DNA of 64,000 nucleotides from Octopus vulgaris. Its lineage: Eukaryota. Under the pieces are notes generated by a model, which saw nothing but the letters and a program-made list of their open reading frames with translations, searched no databases and was not told where the DNA came from. The stretch's first letter is position 1, and each line of letters opens with the position of its first letter. This document shows positions 63,276-64,000 of this stretch, piece by piece. Both the position numbers and the translations under genes were made by a program. The stretch spans positions 132,184,001 through 132,248,000 of the forward strand of contig OX597816.1 of assembly GCA_951406725.2 (NCBI GenBank), in the 5' to 3' direction.

Positions 63276-64000
63276 ACATAAAAACACGCATACACATCTT
63301 TCTGTTAATGAGCAAGGATATAATACTTATCAGTATTGACTATCTACCATAGGGTACCAGATAAATAAATGGAAATTTTGCCATGTTGTGTGTACTCTGA
63401 ACCCACTATAACTTTTAGCGGTTGAGTTCACTTAGGTGTATCTAGGGACCACAGGCTGAGTACATCAGCGTCCAATGTAGCTGTTGCTCTGAACGAGTTC
63501 ATTATCTTGCTGTGCTATAAAAATGAATTATTTCTTCTGGAAAATCTGTCGTTTACTTAAAATTGAAGGGAAAATGTAAAATAAAATAAAAAAGTGATAG
63601 ACACCAGCACCACGAATCACCGTGATTAAGAAATGAATAGCTTGTTACGGTAACAATGCCATACATTTTTAGAGAGGAGTAAAGTTGATCAAATCAACAG
63701 TCTTCAAATGGTTCATAGAAAAGACAGTCGAACTTCTTTATATTTCTCCAAAATTATGACCGAGTGTATTTAAGTTATCTTCCCTGCTTGTAGCACACCC
63801 TGGAGTGGTACTTGCACAGATTATCAAAGTTATTCAACTCTTTATAGTGAGAAATTACAGTGTGTGTGTAAGCAGAATATTTTCTTCCTGCCCAACTCAC
63901 AACAGCACTGGAATTCGTATACATGAAGTTAAATCTCTGCCAACACTGAAAGAGAGACGTAAAAATGGTGATGAGTATGGTGGTTGTGATGGTGTACATA

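Overview
AT-rich, microsatellite-dense animal genomic DNA, most likely a cephalopod (Octopus-like), inferred from the SINE families and repeat landscape. Almost all listed ORFs are artefacts of microsatellites or SINEs. Two long ORFs are real. One is a host coding exon on + (32224-33267, 347 aa, no domain I recognise) with five degenerate His-rich repeats and a stop codon overlapping a GTGAGT splice donor. The other is an apparently intact Buster-type hAT transposase on - inside a complete 2353-bp element (59544-61896) with TIRs and an 8-bp TSD. The rest is intron-like DNA with at least three tRNA-derived SINE families, RTE, CR1 and R4/Dong LINE fragments, two mariner relics, a full-length but decayed DD36E Tc1-like element, MITEs and a Helitron-like element. 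A CpG-retaining segment at about 10.0-12.3 kb may be a promoter. The least expected signal is a set of minimal type-I hammerhead-ribozyme motifs with a non-canonical CCGAnGA core (42358-42409, 51751-51793, 52003-52045). Two of them cap a ~290-bp foldback that looks like inverted Penelope-like pseudo-LTRs. A duplicated AG|GT recursive-splice-like site lies at 54641-54740. No rRNA, true tRNA or CRISPR array is supported. Repeat boundaries without TIR or TSD support are approximate.
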